From: Mytilus trossulus | Lineage: Eukaryota | Reading direction: 5' to 3' | DNA: 64,000 nucleotides | NCBI RefSeq assembly: GCF_036588685.1 | Contig: NC_086378.1 | Coordinates: 69,998,001-70,062,000, forward strand | In this document: piece after piece, positions 49,800-62,556 of the stretch | Layout of the letters: each line of letters starts with the position of its first letter | How positions within the stretch are numbered: the stretch's first letter is position 1 | The notes under the pieces: model-generated | What the model saw: the letters and a program-made list of their open reading frames with translations, nothing else | Told to the model about the DNA's origin: nothing | Database searches by the model: none | Translations under genes and position numbers: made by a program

Positions 49800-50161
49800 C
49801 ATTCACAGCAACATTACCAGGAGGTGTTCATCCATATCAGAACGGCGCTATTATCGGATATCCGATTAAGCTTTTAGACAATAGTGGTTACAGTAATGGT
49901 ATTTTTACTGTTCTTCCAGGAATGGGCGGTGTTTACTCGGTATCTGTTACCATAATGTCAGGCTCTGTTATAGGTCACACTACTTTGAGGAAGAATGGAG
50001 CTATTTTGGTGTGGTTATTCACTAATAAAGAATATGATATGGCATCCCAAACTATCAACATTCAACTGGCAGAAGGGGACAGGATTTGGGTACAAATGAC
50101 CAATCAGGCATCCAGTCTTTTTGATGTTTATAACACATTTAGTGCAGTTAGAATAGTTTGA
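49800..50161 (+). CDS. TSP1-C1q protein, exon 5 (globular C1q domain); total CDS 918 nt, 305 aa
   Basis: tttacAG phase 1; AFTA...GIFTV...GVYSVSV...L-AEGDRIWV...YNTFS gC1q motifs; AATAAA at 50221. Confidence 0.88.
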
Positions 50162-50940
50162 TTATCAATTTGATAGCATAAAGGCTTTAAAGATGTTAAA
50201 TTTTGGCCCGCTACATGTATAATAAAGAGTGAAAGCTATCAAATAAAGCTTACCATGTTGTTAATGTTATAATTTTTTTAAAGAGTTTGATTTGATTTGT
50301 TGTTTAAGTTTTGCTTATACCTGATACATGAAACAAAATAATATTCGACTTATGCTTATTTATATCATATCATAATGCATAGCATTAAGACTTTAACATG
50401 GCGGTTGGTTTATATTTAAGACGGATGCGAATTAAGATATGCAGGATGGGTCAATAAAACAAACCGACACGAATGAATTATAAAAGAAAGACAACATTAT
50501 AAAATTGATTGACTAATTCGTTGAACCCAGGTGGGTGATTATGAATGTCCTGATTAGTATCAAATCTATACGTTTAGTTCTTTTGTAAAAGTTCAAGATA
50601 AAATTTTGCAGTCAAACCACTCAAGTTATCTCTCTGTCCTTGCTTTGCGTAAATACATATTGCTTTTCTTATTTGATACTGCTTAAGATCATAATTACAT
50701 TTTAAAAGAATCGTTAATATAAGTACGTTAAAATATCCGTAGATTGGTATATGTTCCAACACACTTTTCGAAATAAACCAAATGATCAATTGTGTATAAA
50801 GAAGAGGCTAAAGGTATCAAAGGGACTTTTAAACTTATAAGTCGAAAAAACTAACAACGGCATGGTTCAAAAAGACTAAGAGGCCATGCAAGTCCCTCAT
50901 TTATCACTTATGAAGTTCACTGATTGTTGAATGAATAATG

Positions 50941-51293
50941 GTTTGGCTTTATACTATTTTGATTTGAGTGTCACTGATGAGTCTTATGTAGTCGAAAAAA
51001 GCGTTTGGCGTACGTTTCGTCCCCGAGAGTATCATTAGCCCAGTAGTCAGCACTTCGGTTTTGACATGAATATCAAATATATGGTCATTTTTATAAATTT
51101 CCTGACTACAAATTTCGATTTTGTTTTGGAAAACTAAGAATTTTCTGATCCAAGGCACAGAATAACTTAGCCGTATTTGGCACAATTGTTTGGAATTTTG
51201 GGTCCTCGATGTTCTTAAACTTTGTACTTGTTTGGCTTTATAAGTATTTTGATCTAAGCGTCACTGATGTAGTTGAAACGTGCGTATGGTATA
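50941..51293 (+). mobile_element. Retrozyme monomer with internal deletion, bounded by two degenerate hammerheads
   Basis: CTGATGA at 50974-50980, then GTC-ttatgta-GTC-GAAA; second GCGTCACTGATG..GAAAC near 51259-51280. Confidence 0.7.
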
Positions 51294-52286
51294 TTAATTA
51301 AAATGAAATAGAATGCTAACAATAATTAGAAAAGAAATTAAAACGAAAAACTAAATCAAGGATAGTAAAAGACAATAAAAGAAAATCAAGTAGAAATAAA
51401 TTAAATGTGTCAGTCTGTTACTCGTTATGGTGATGACTTTATATTTATAATACAAATTATACATTTATATGTTCTGTTACTTTGTCGTATCCACGTACAT
51501 TTTGTTGTTCTCTCCGTCTGTATTACCTAACGTTTATTCTTTACGGATAATTGATTAAGGAACAAATGTAAAGGAAACAGACATTAGTCATTGTTTATAT
51601 AAATTAAATCGAAAAAACTTTGTCTCCTTATTAAGGTTACCGAAAATAAACTTTTACAATTACCGTCCAATAAAAAAATATATATATATTAAAGGTTTGT
51701 TTTATCCTTTAATTGTGAATATGTTGAAATTATTTACCTTTTCCCGTAAACGGTATAGACTTTTCGGAAGTTATATATAAATTAACAACGTAATCCACGT
51801 TTAATTCTGTATTGAAGTTGTAATGTGTCACAAAAAAACATTCACATTGGAAAAGGCTAAAAAAAACTAATAGAGCGCAGTTATACGATAATATCCCAAG
51901 TTTTAAATATATGAGTGTAGTACTATTTGACACATTGACCATGCCTAGATAATACAGAGTAACCGTCTACAGCAATGAATGTTTGGTACCCAGGGTTTGT
52001 TATACGCCTGTTTATGGGACGTATTATGGTATGTCGTTGTCCGTCCGTTCATCCGTCGCTAACATGTTGGCTAATAACTTAAAAACGCTCTAACCATTTG
52101 CATGAAACTTTGGTTAATTGTTTCTATTTAATGACGTGAGCTCCCTTTCGATTTTTATAAATTTTTAAATTTTAAGTTTTCAAGTTATGGAATTTTATTC
52201 ATTAAAAAGTGGGGATTTTCAAGTTTTCAGACATATTTTGGGGTAGACGAAACGCGTTTCCGGCGTACTAGATTTCATCCTAGTAT

Positions 52287-54640
52287 AGATAAGATAAGAT
52301 AAGATAAGATAAGAATTGTATTAATCTAATCAAGAACCCATAAAGGGCATCATTTTACAACACAATATGATTGGAAAAAGCAAAACAGAAAACTAAAACA
52401 TACTATAACGTTATGGACAGGATCAGAGCCTAACACAACATGTGTTTTATATAACTATTATATTAAATCTTATAACAATAAAATACTAAATTACTTCATA
52501 TATTTTGTTTACATCTGGATCTTATTTCTACACCTTTAATAATGTAATTTCCTAGGCACATGAGAGTTGGTAAATGCTCATTTGTGAACAGCCAGAAATG
52601 TTTCTTATCATTAGGGAGTTCTTTAAAATTAGTACAAAAAGTGACAACTTTATCAAATAATAATTTCCTCTGTTCATCATTTAATGGACAATTTACTGTA
52701 AAATGGGTCTCATCTTCAATAGAATTTGATCCATGTGATAAGCAGTGATGACATAGACGTTGAGTTCTCTCTATGTATGCTTTACTATATCTATCTTTCT
52801 CAATTATAAGATCATGAGCACTTATTCTCATTTTACATATATAGCTCTTCTTATACTAAAATCTTTAATTGATAAATAAGCCTCCTTTACAAAGTCAGTC
52901 TTGAGGTTGAAATAATTCTCTAATTTACCATTACCTTGTGATAAGGTTTCATATCTTTTGACCAACCAAAATGTTTTAAAACTATTACAAAGTTTACATT
53001 TTACAAGTTTAATTAATTTATTGAGCTTTGTATCTAAATTTTGTATATCAAGTGATTGAAGTACATATTTCATAGATGAATACCAACAATTAATGTTTTC
53101 TGCATCAAAAAATGTATAACAAACATAAGCATCATAAAGTAACCCTTTGTCCAACTTGTTAAGCCTGTGTACATATTTTACCATAGATATAATGACAGAA
53201 AAATAAAAAGGAAATCTTGCAACCTCTGATAACACTGCTAAATTTGAGGCTTTCTTATTAACACCAAGAATCTTCTTAAAATTTCTGAAATGGGATTTTT
53301 CCAAATAATCATTTATGTAGATTAATTCAAATAGATAATCACTTTTTTTCTTGCAAGCAGCAGAGTTAATTTTAAATGAACCCCAAATTTCACTACAATA
53401 TAATAAAATTGGTTTTAATGTGTGATCATATAAATGAATTGCAGTATCAATACTTGGATTACAAGCTGACATGGATTTTTGTAATTTAAATTTTGCCTTT
53501 AAGGATTTTTTGAATAGCTCTTCTTTCCCCTGTTGAAAAAAGACCACTAGAAGTAAAGACTATCCCTAAATATTTACATTTATTAACACATTATATAGCC
53601 TCTTTATCTAAATAAAATGATTCCTTTAAAAAATTTCCAGGCTTGTTAAAAATTAAAACTTTTGTTTTTGACAAGTTTACATCTAGACACCAGTCAATAC
53701 AATAAGTATGCAATATATCAAGTCGGTTTTGAAGACCTTTTTTAGTATTTGATAATACAATAATGTCATCAGCGTACATTAGACAATCAATTATACGCCC
53801 ATTGATATCAACAGCATCTGGATTTGGCTCAAATTTTGGAGGCAGATCGTTAATGAAAAGCTTAAATAAGTTTGGCTTATATACTTGTCTTACCCCAACT
53901 AGTGAACTGAAAGATTGTGTTAATACATTGCCCACTTTCACAGACATTTCATTCTTGCTGTACATATCTTTTAAAATAGTATAAAATTTTCCAGATATGT
54001 TATTTTCCAATAATTTATATTTAATACCACAGTGTATGACCCTGTCGAAAGCCTTTTTAAAGTCCACAAAGCAAGCATAGATTTTCCCCCCTTTTTTGTT
54101 AGTATATTTGTCTAATATGTTTTTTAAAACAAACATATGATCAGATGTTTTACTCTTTTTTGAAAAAAACAATCTGACATGGATGAATTATATTATTTTT
54201 ATCAAGATGAATGTCAAGTCTTTTTTTTAAAATACTGTTAACTAATTTTCCAATGCATTAATTTATTGCTATGCCTCTGTAATTTTCAGGTTTACTAGGA
54301 CTCCCTGCTTTAAAAATTGGACATAAATAAGATAATGCCCATTTGTGAGGGTATTTTCCAGAGCAGAATACTAAATTAAAAAGTTTCTGCAAAACAGGTG
54401 CAAATATACTTCCCCCTGATTTTAATATCTCATTTGGAATACCATCCAATCCTGCAGCTTTATTATTCTTTAGTTTATTTATAGCATCCAAAATTTCTTT
54501 TAGGGTTATTTTGTAATCTAGTTCACAAAAAGTTGGATTTTGTTTCAAAATTTTTTACTTTTTTACTTATTTCCTCTAATCTGTCTTTAAATTTGTCAGA
54601 GTTAAAATTTAAAGATTGAAAATATTAAAACCAGACTTTA
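52287..54640 (-). mobile_element. 5'-truncated, frameshifted LINE (CR1/L2 group) ORF2
   Basis: AAGLDGI, NYRGI, FVDFKKAFD, YADD and a C-terminal CxxC...EDETHF...CP across four frames; (CTTAT)n tail at 52287-52313. Confidence 0.88.
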
Positions 54641-54678
54641 CTTTGAATAGAATTTTACTTACTTATATTTCAAAGAGT

Positions 54679-54876
54679 TTAAAGATTCATTTTCATCAAT
54701 AGTAACATAGAATACTTCGGTAAACGTCTTGATGACACCAATATCACACTTAACTATAGTTTAGCTCCATATAAACAAGAATATTTTAAAGATTCATTTT
54801 CATCAATAAGAACATAGAATACTTTAGTAAACGTCTTGATAACACCAATATCACACTTATCGCTAGTTAAGCTCCA
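54679..54876 (+). repeat. Tandem duplication, ~108-bp period
   Basis: TTAAAGATTCATTTTCATCAATA...CTCCA at ~54679 and ~54787. Confidence 0.75.
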
Positions 54877-55101
54877 AGGTTTGATATCCAAGGTCCTACC
54901 TAGGTGACGCTCATCATGAAATTAATAAAATAATTTTGAAACAATTTTTGCCGTAAATTTTGAGATTTTCAGGTCAATATTGCTCTATAACTTCGTACAG
55001 TGTTTTTCCTTTTTAATTTGTTTTATTCGCTAGTCACTGGTGAGTCTATTTTAGACGGAATGCGCTTTAAACCTACAAATTTAACCTGTTATATATGATA
55101 T

Positions 55102-55300
55102 ATAGATAAAGGAAGATGTGGTATGAGTGCCAATAAGACAACTCTCCATCCAAACAACAATTTATAAAAGTAAATCATTAAAGGTCAAGGGACGGCCTTC
55201 AACACGGAGCCTTGGCTCACACCGAACAACAAGCTATCAAGTGCCCCAACATAACTAATGTAAAACAATTCAAACAGTACAACCAACCGTCTTATCTATT
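55102..55300. repeat. Dispersed SINE-like family (other copies ~8900-9020, 13460-13570, 20600-20775 inverted, 56890-57100)
   Basis: Shared GGAAGATGTGGTATGAGTGCCAAT..ACGGCCTTCAACACGGAGCC core. Confidence 0.6.
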
Positions 55301-55533
55301 TCAAAAAATGTTTATTTGGATCAGTGGGGTTGATGCCAGTGCTGCATGTGCTGAAAAAGGTTTCATTCCAAGGTTGTCACCAGCGCAGTAGTCAGCATTT
55401 TTGTGTTGACATGGATTGGTTACAAAACTTTGTTATTTTCCAGATAAATTGAAGATTTTTTACCACAGGAATATATATATATATAGATTACCCAAGGCGA
55501 ATTCAGCAAAACCTTTTTAAACTTCTGCATACA

Positions 55534-56882
55534 TTATAGGTATATTGATCCAATATCCACCCGTTTATAGTATGGATCCCATTTCCGACCTTACATTGAT
55601 TACGTGCTACGTGTACAATGTTTCGAGTTCTTTCGGAATTATATTCCAGGTAACTCTCTTCAGAGGTCGTCCGTTTTATTTTTATTTTCTAAATGTTTGT
55701 TTGTTTATTATTTTGTACATTTTATTTATTATTGTACCTTTTATTTATTATTGTTCGTTTTATCAACGTATGGATAACTGGTTTTGGTTTTGGTTATTAG
55801 ATTTAGTTAAAGATACGTTTCAATATGCATTTTTCATTGTCAACGCACCTTCCTTTGGTTTTAGTGTAACTGTCTAATTAATTTCTATTGGGAGACATTG
55901 ATTTATTTCAAGTGTTTCTTAACGATTTCCCCAATGTTCCTGTTTCTTTTGAATGCTATTGTAGGTTTTTTATCAAAGAGATTTTTGAACTGAGGGTTGT
56001 CTTGAATTAAATGCCAATGTTTTCTAATAATGGTTTGTAAATTTTCCGCATTAGCGTGGTATTGTGTTATGAAAGATATATTATAGTTATCTGTGTTTTT
56101 GTTTATGCTTGTTTCTTTGTTTGTTAATTTGTTTAATCTTTCTGTATGGGGAATATTTCTTAATATTTTATTTACAAAAGCGATTTTGTAACCTCTTTGT
56201 ATTAATTTTTCTGTAAATAAGTTTATTCTTTCATTAAAATTGTCAGGATCAGAGGTATTTCTAAGAATTCGTATTCCTTCACCTTTAATAAAGGATTTAA
56301 AACAACTTTTAGCGTGGTTAGAATTTTGGTGTAGATATTGGAATTTTTCAGTTGGTTTTGTGAAACATTTAATATCTAAGATATTTTCTTTTTGAAATCT
56401 CTGTCCTTTATACGTTTCTAAGTCTAGAAATTTCAAACTTTGTCTGTCAATTTCATAAGTAAATTGCAGTAGGTTGTGGTTTGTGTTTGCTATTTTGAAA
56501 AGAAGTTTAACTTCTTCCGTAGTACCTTGAAATAAAATATATCCATCATCTTTCATACGTTTATGAAATAATATTTTGTTTTTGTGTGGAAAGATGTTTA
56601 GAATTTTATTTATATGTTGGTATATAGCTATATCTGAGATTTGAGGACTTGCTACATGGCCTTGACTAGCTCCTATAATTTGCCTATAACATTTTTTGTT
56701 GAAGGTAAATTCGTTATTAAGGAGAATTAAGTTTGTTATTTGTAGTAAATAGTCAAAACTGGGTTTTATTATGTTATATTCTAGGTTTTCATATATCCCC
56801 GTAACACTGTTTAGAGCGGCAATAATAATAAAAATGTGATCCATACTATAAACGGGTGGATATTGGATCAATATACCTATAA
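55534..56882 (-). mobile_element. 5'-truncated Penelope-like element with inverted terminal segment
   Basis: RT fragment 56836-55903 (QIIGASQG, MKDDG, FLDL, KPT..QYLH..SNH, IAFKRNRN); perfect 45-bp inverted repeat 55534-55578 / 56838-56882. Confidence 0.88.
55586..55669 (-). ncRNA. Complete type I hammerhead ribozyme
   Basis: CGACCT-CTGAAGA-GAGTT...AACTC-GAAA-CATTG...CAATG-TA^AGGTCG; stems I, II and III all pair. Confidence 0.9.
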
Positions 56883-58609
56883 CGTATAATTGCCATTGAG
56901 ACAACACTCAACCAGAGACCGATTGACATAGAGGTTAACACTATAGGTTGCCATACGGCTTTCAATAATGAGCAAATGTTATACCGCAGTGTAAGCTATA
57001 AAAAGCTTCGAAATAACAAATGTAAAACAATTCAAACGAAAATACTAACGGCCTGATTTATGTACAAAACAATGAATGCTAAAACAAATATGATAAACAG
57101 CAACGTACTCCTATCGAAAGTTATCAATTATGTTTAAAAACTTCACACGAAACTATACAAGGTAAACAATCATTAATAAATAACAAACCTGAAAATAAAA
57201 ATTGATGAACAGTTTTTCAAATTACTCATTTGTATTCGACTTTTATCTTTCACAATTAACACCATTTATATATTTATATATTTAGCATGGTATATCTTAC
57301 ATGTACATTCAGTGGTTAAGTGAACCTCGTCATGACTTTTGACAGTTGACCAAAGATGTTATATTTGCTTTGTATGAACAAAAGGAAAATGCAGTAATGC
57401 TTATCGCCTATTATTTTTTTTCCATTTTTTTCCATTTTTTTGCATATACACAATGCTTCTGAAATAATAGATGGAATTCACTTTATCGTCGTTGTGTTTT
57501 ATGTTATCTGATTAAAATATTGCTTAAAAAAAAAATTTGAACCACAACACAAACTGTTCAAAATGGAAGACCACTACAGTTGCACTACAGTCTAACAGTG
57601 ATTTTTTAAAGATTTTTTTTTTCGTTAATTTTGAGGTAAATGTTCTTCTGCACAGTTTGTAAAAATCCCAAAGTCATTATCATATCACAACAGGGAGTAA
57701 ATTGATAATGAACTTTTGTAAGTAAAAGCACATGGAAATCAATCTAAATATAAAGGCATTTAGGAGGGGCTAATATGTCGATCATCTGTTGATACCAGTG
57801 TCCAGCTGTTAATCCATGACCACAAGATAAATAGTGCAGTCTTATCGCATTATATCATGTGTATTGCAACAGAAGTAAGTTATACAACATGGAGGTAAAC
57901 AGAGAAAGGTGCGAAAAGGAGAAAATCTAACCAAAAGGAATAAATCTATTTTATGGATGAGAATGTGAAATTTCTTTGATAGCCTCTGACAAATTGTTAA
58001 GGTTCTTACTACAAACAAGAACAACATGTCTCTGAATCTGTCTTCTGTTAGGAGTTTTAGGCATTTTAACTAATTTTAAGTTTATATGAAATTTTTCAAT
58101 TCAATAAAACTCTAAAATCATGTGGGACAGTCTATTTTCAGGAAGGGTATGGCCTTGATCTTTTTTAAACATGTCTTTTATTGTATAATTTAATTGCATG
58201 TTCTAGCTAATTTCATAGTATATTTATTTTTAAAATACAAATTGAAATCATCTTTTTAGTGATAATAATTAGGTTAAATATTAATTATATGCATCTTGTT
58301 ATTCACTTATTTTAGACTGTCTGATCAGAGGCGGAGCTTTGTCTATATTTAATTACTACATCACAGATGTTGGTCATATATGTGACGTAAAACTCCTGCC
58401 AAATGCCAAGTTAGTGTTGGTCATTGCACTCATAATGCAAAATTTACAGTATTAGAGCATCAAAGACACAAAGTGTGTGGTTCTATTGACAAAATAATAA
58501 AATCAGAACACTCATGTGGTGTTCTCAGTGGCATTTTTGTATTTATGTAGCTTTTATAGGGGTTCTAAGGGGGAAATAGTTATCAAAGGCACAAGGATTA
58601 TAATTTAAT

Positions 58610-58653
58610 ACACCAGACGCTCGTTTCGTCTTCATAAGACTCATCAGTGACGC
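58610..58653 (-). ncRNA. Minimal type I hammerhead ribozyme with intact core
   Basis: GCGTCA-CTGATGA-GTC-ttatgaa-GAC-GAAA-C-gagc-G-TC^TGGTGT. Confidence 0.85.
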
Positions 58654-59179
58654 TCAGATAAAAAAAAGTTGCAAAGCCAAACAAGTAAAAAGTTGAAGAG
58701 CATTGAGGACCCAGAATTCCAAAAAAGTTTTGCCAAATACGGGTAAGGTAATCTATTCCTGGAGATAAGAAAATCCTTAGTTTTTGGAAAAATTCAAAGT
58801 TTTGTAACAGGAAAGGAGTAGTAAGGCTCCTTTTTGGCCCCAAAACATAGCAGTTTTACAAAATTGTTACAATGTAAACTTTTAGTTATATATCGGAAAG
58901 AAGAATGCTTCTGCTACATAAATATGGGCTTTTTTTTTACAATACAATGCACATATATCGGGTTATCATCATTAAGTTATGATAAATTACTGAAATCTCC
59001 ACAATTTTTGCATTTTAGTTAAAGTTTTGACAGTTTCCGTCTGAAATGAAAGTGGCCGCATTGTGTTCATTCTTTATATTGAAATGTAAGTTGAATTTGA
59101 TTATAATACATAACATATATAAAGGTTAATGATGAACACGGATGCGGCCACTTTCATTTTTGACAAAAATTGACATTTT

Positions 59180-60976
59180 TGGCCAAGTGAGCTTTTCTCA
59201 TTACAGTCCGGCGTCCGTCGTCGTCGTCCGTCGTCGTCGTTCGTAGTCCGTCGTCGTCCTGCGTTAACTTTTACAAAAGTCTTCTCCTCTGAAACTACTT
59301 TGCCAAATTCAACCAAACTTGGCCACAATTATCATTGGGGTATCTAGTTTAAAAAATGTGTCCGGTGATCCGGCCAACCCACCAAGATGGCCGCCATGGC
59401 TAAAAATAGAACATAGGGGTAAAATGCAGTTTTTGGCTTATAACTCAAAAACCAAAGCATTTAGAGTAAATCTGACACAAGGTAATATTGTTCACAGGTC
59501 AAGATCTATCTGCCCTGAAATTTTCAGATGAATCGGACTTTTCGTTGTTGGGTTGCTGCCCCTGAAATGGTAATTTTAAGGAAATTTTGCTGTTTTTGGT
59601 TATTATCTTAAATATTATTATAGATAGAGATAAACTGTATACAGCAATAATGTTCAGCAAAGTAAGATCTACAAATAAGTCAACATGACCAAAATGGTCA
59701 GTTGACCACTTTAGGAGTTATTGTCCTTTATAGTCAATTTTTAACCATTTTTCGTAACTCTTAGTAATCTTTTAGAAAAATCTTCTCCTCTGAAACTACT
59801 GGGCCAAATTTAACCAAACTTGGCCATAATCATCATTGGGGTATCTAGTTTAAAAAATGTGTTTGGTGACCCGGCAAACCAACCAAGATGGCCGCCATGG
59901 CTAAAAATAGAACATAGGGGTAAAATGCAGTTTTTAGCTTATAACTCAAAAACCAAAGCATTAAGAGCAAATCTGACAGGAAGTAAAATTGTTGATCAGG
60001 TCACGATCTATCTGCCCTGGAATTTTCAGATGAATCGGACAACCTGTTGTTGGTTTGCTGCCCCTGAATTGGTAATTTTATGGAAATTTTGCTGTTTTTG
60101 GTTATTATCTTCAATATTATTATAGATAGAGATAAACTGTAAACAGCAATAATGTTCAGCAAAGTAAGATTTACAAATAAGTCAAATGACCGAAATGGTC
60201 AGTTGACCCCTTAAGGAGTTATTGCCCTTTATAGTCAATTTTTAACCATTTTTCGTAAATCTTAGTAATCTTTTACAAAAATCTTCTCCTCTGAAACTAC
60301 TGGGCTAAATTAATCCTAACTTGGCCACAATCATCTTTGGGGTATGTAGTTTAAAAAATGTGTCCGGTGACCCGGCCATCCAACCAAGATGGCCGCCACG
60401 GCTAAATATAGAACATAGGGAAAAAATGCAGTGTTTGGCTTAAACCTCAAAAATCAAAGCATTTAGAGCAAATCTGACGGAGTGAAATTGTTTATCATGT
60501 CAAGATCTATCTGCCCTGAAATTTTCAGATGATTTGACAACCGGTTGTTGGGTTGCTGCCCCTAAATTGGTAATTTTAAGGAATATTTGCCGTTTTTTGT
60601 TATAGTCTTGAATATTATTATAAATAGAGATAAACTGTAAACAGCAATAATGTACAGCAAAGTAAGACTTAAAAATAAGTCAACATGACCAAAATGGTCA
60701 AATTGACCCCCTAAGGAGTTATTGTCCTTTATAGTAAATTTTTAACAATTTTCATAAAATTTGTAAATTTTTACTAACATTTTCCACTGAAACTACTGGG
60801 CCAAGATCATTATAGATAGATAATTGTAAGCAGCAAGAAAGTTCAGTAAAGTAAGATCTACAAACGCATCACCATCACCAAAACACAATTTTGTCATGAA
60901 TCCATCTGTGTGTCCTTCGTTTATGATATGCACATAGACCAAGGTGAGCGACACAGGCTCTTTAGAGCCTCTAGTT
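59180..60976 (+). mobile_element. Helentron/HINE-like element with three ~501-bp internal tandem repeats
   Basis: GTGAGCT plus CGTC microsatellite; units start at ~59281, 59782, 60283; 3' GGTGAGCG..AGGCTCtttaGAGCCT hairpin then CTAGTT. Confidence 0.8.
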
Positions 60977-62396
60977 AACAATGACCATATATAATTGATA
61001 TTCATGTCAACACCGAAATGCTGACTACTGGGCTGGTGATACCCTTGGGAACTAAACGTCCACCAGCAGTGGCATCGACCCAGTGGTTTAAATAGTTATC
61101 AAAGGTACCAGGATTATAATTTAATACGCCAGACGCACGTTTCGTCTACATCAGACTCATCCTGTAGGTTTGACTTTGACATATGTGATTAAAGGGAGGA
61201 ATACAATACCGTGTCCCAGTTTTTGGATAATTTGTTTCTAAATGAATTTATAGGTGTCTAAAGATGAAAGGTGAAATGAGGTTTGGCACCCAGCAGTTAA
61301 ATCAATGTATCTTCTTACTGGAGCCATTTATAAAAAATCTGAGACCCGCTTTTAAGACTGTGAATGGTTGATTAAATGGATAAAGACACATTTCACCTGA
61401 TAGTGCCACTTTCATCCAAGTTGGAAGACCACTTTTTCTGCAATTAATGAGCTATATTTTGAGATCAATCATAGCAAAAATAAAATTAATCTACAGATTA
61501 AGATATTAAATATTTTAGCTTTAAAAATTCATTGAGTAGTTTTGGAGAAATTAATCATTAAAGACTGTTAGTTGGAGTCAGAAAATTCTGACTGTAGTTC
61601 TACCTTAATATACTCGATTTTTTTATTTACTTTTTAAAATATGTATGCGCAAGTTAGTGTGTGTATATTTTTTTATTTTTTATTTTTGTTAATGTCTCTG
61701 GTTAATGCATGCAAACTTGAAAGATGAATTTTAGATGCAAAACTTAACTCGGTTATATATATTTATACATTTTGGTTGACTTTAAAAATTACTTTTTCAA
61801 TTTGATAAACCAATAAGTGCCAATAAAAAGTAAAATCACAAAAATACTGAACTTAGAGGAAAATCAATTCGGAAAGTCCATAATCACATGGCAAAATCAA
61901 ATAACAAAACGCATCAAAAACGAATGGACAAGAACTGTCATATTCCTGACTTGGTACAGGTATTTTCAAATGTAGTAAATAGTGGATTGAACCTGGTTTT
62001 ATAGCACTAAACCTCTCACTTGTACGACAATCGCATCGAATTTAGTAATATTGATAATGATGCGTGAACAAAACAAACAGACACAATAGGTAAAGCGCCA
62101 ATTCAGTATTTCTCCGTCACCTGCGCTTTTCTCGATTTATTTTCATGACGAACGCTGAATTACAAATATTTGAAAGTCACTGATAAATAAATATGTAGAA
62201 ACCGCAGAAGCTTCCTACTTTAATTAATGGCCAACTTCAGCATAAACGCCTGTCAACCTCTTTCTCGTTTTCCTAACATCGACGAAACATTTCTCGGTTC
62301 GAACGTTCAACATATGTATGCAGTACCTGCTCATAATAAACATCAACGATCATCATATACATAATTATATCATAACTTTACTGTAAGTTTAATTAT

Positions 62397-62556
62397 AGAA
62401 TAACTAATCGAAGAATTCAAATAGAGAAAAATATTCAACTCGTGACCGAACAACACTGGTAATTAAATCATGCGCTACGCGCATTCGTGAATTATTGTGT
62501 TGTTCGGTCACTCGTTGAATATTTTTCTCTATTTGAATTCTTCGATTAGTTATTCT
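62397..62556. repeat. 160-bp near-perfect palindrome (hairpin MITE-like)
   Basis: AGAATAACTAATCGAAGAATTCAAATAGAGAAAAATATTCAAC is mirrored by GTTGAATATTTTTCTCTATTTGAATTCTTCGATTAGTTATTCT. Confidence 0.85.

Larger units (their letters stand above)
58574..61161 (-). mobile_element. Retrozyme monomer (~355 nt, hammerhead to hammerhead) split by a 2.2-kb nested insertion
   Basis: 58574-58814 resumes at ~60977-61161; order matches the reverse complement of 50941-51293. Confidence 0.8.

Noticed and set aside
59319-60125. Paralogous ORFs with PRWPPWLK
   Set aside because: Translations of the 501-bp Helentron internal repeats.
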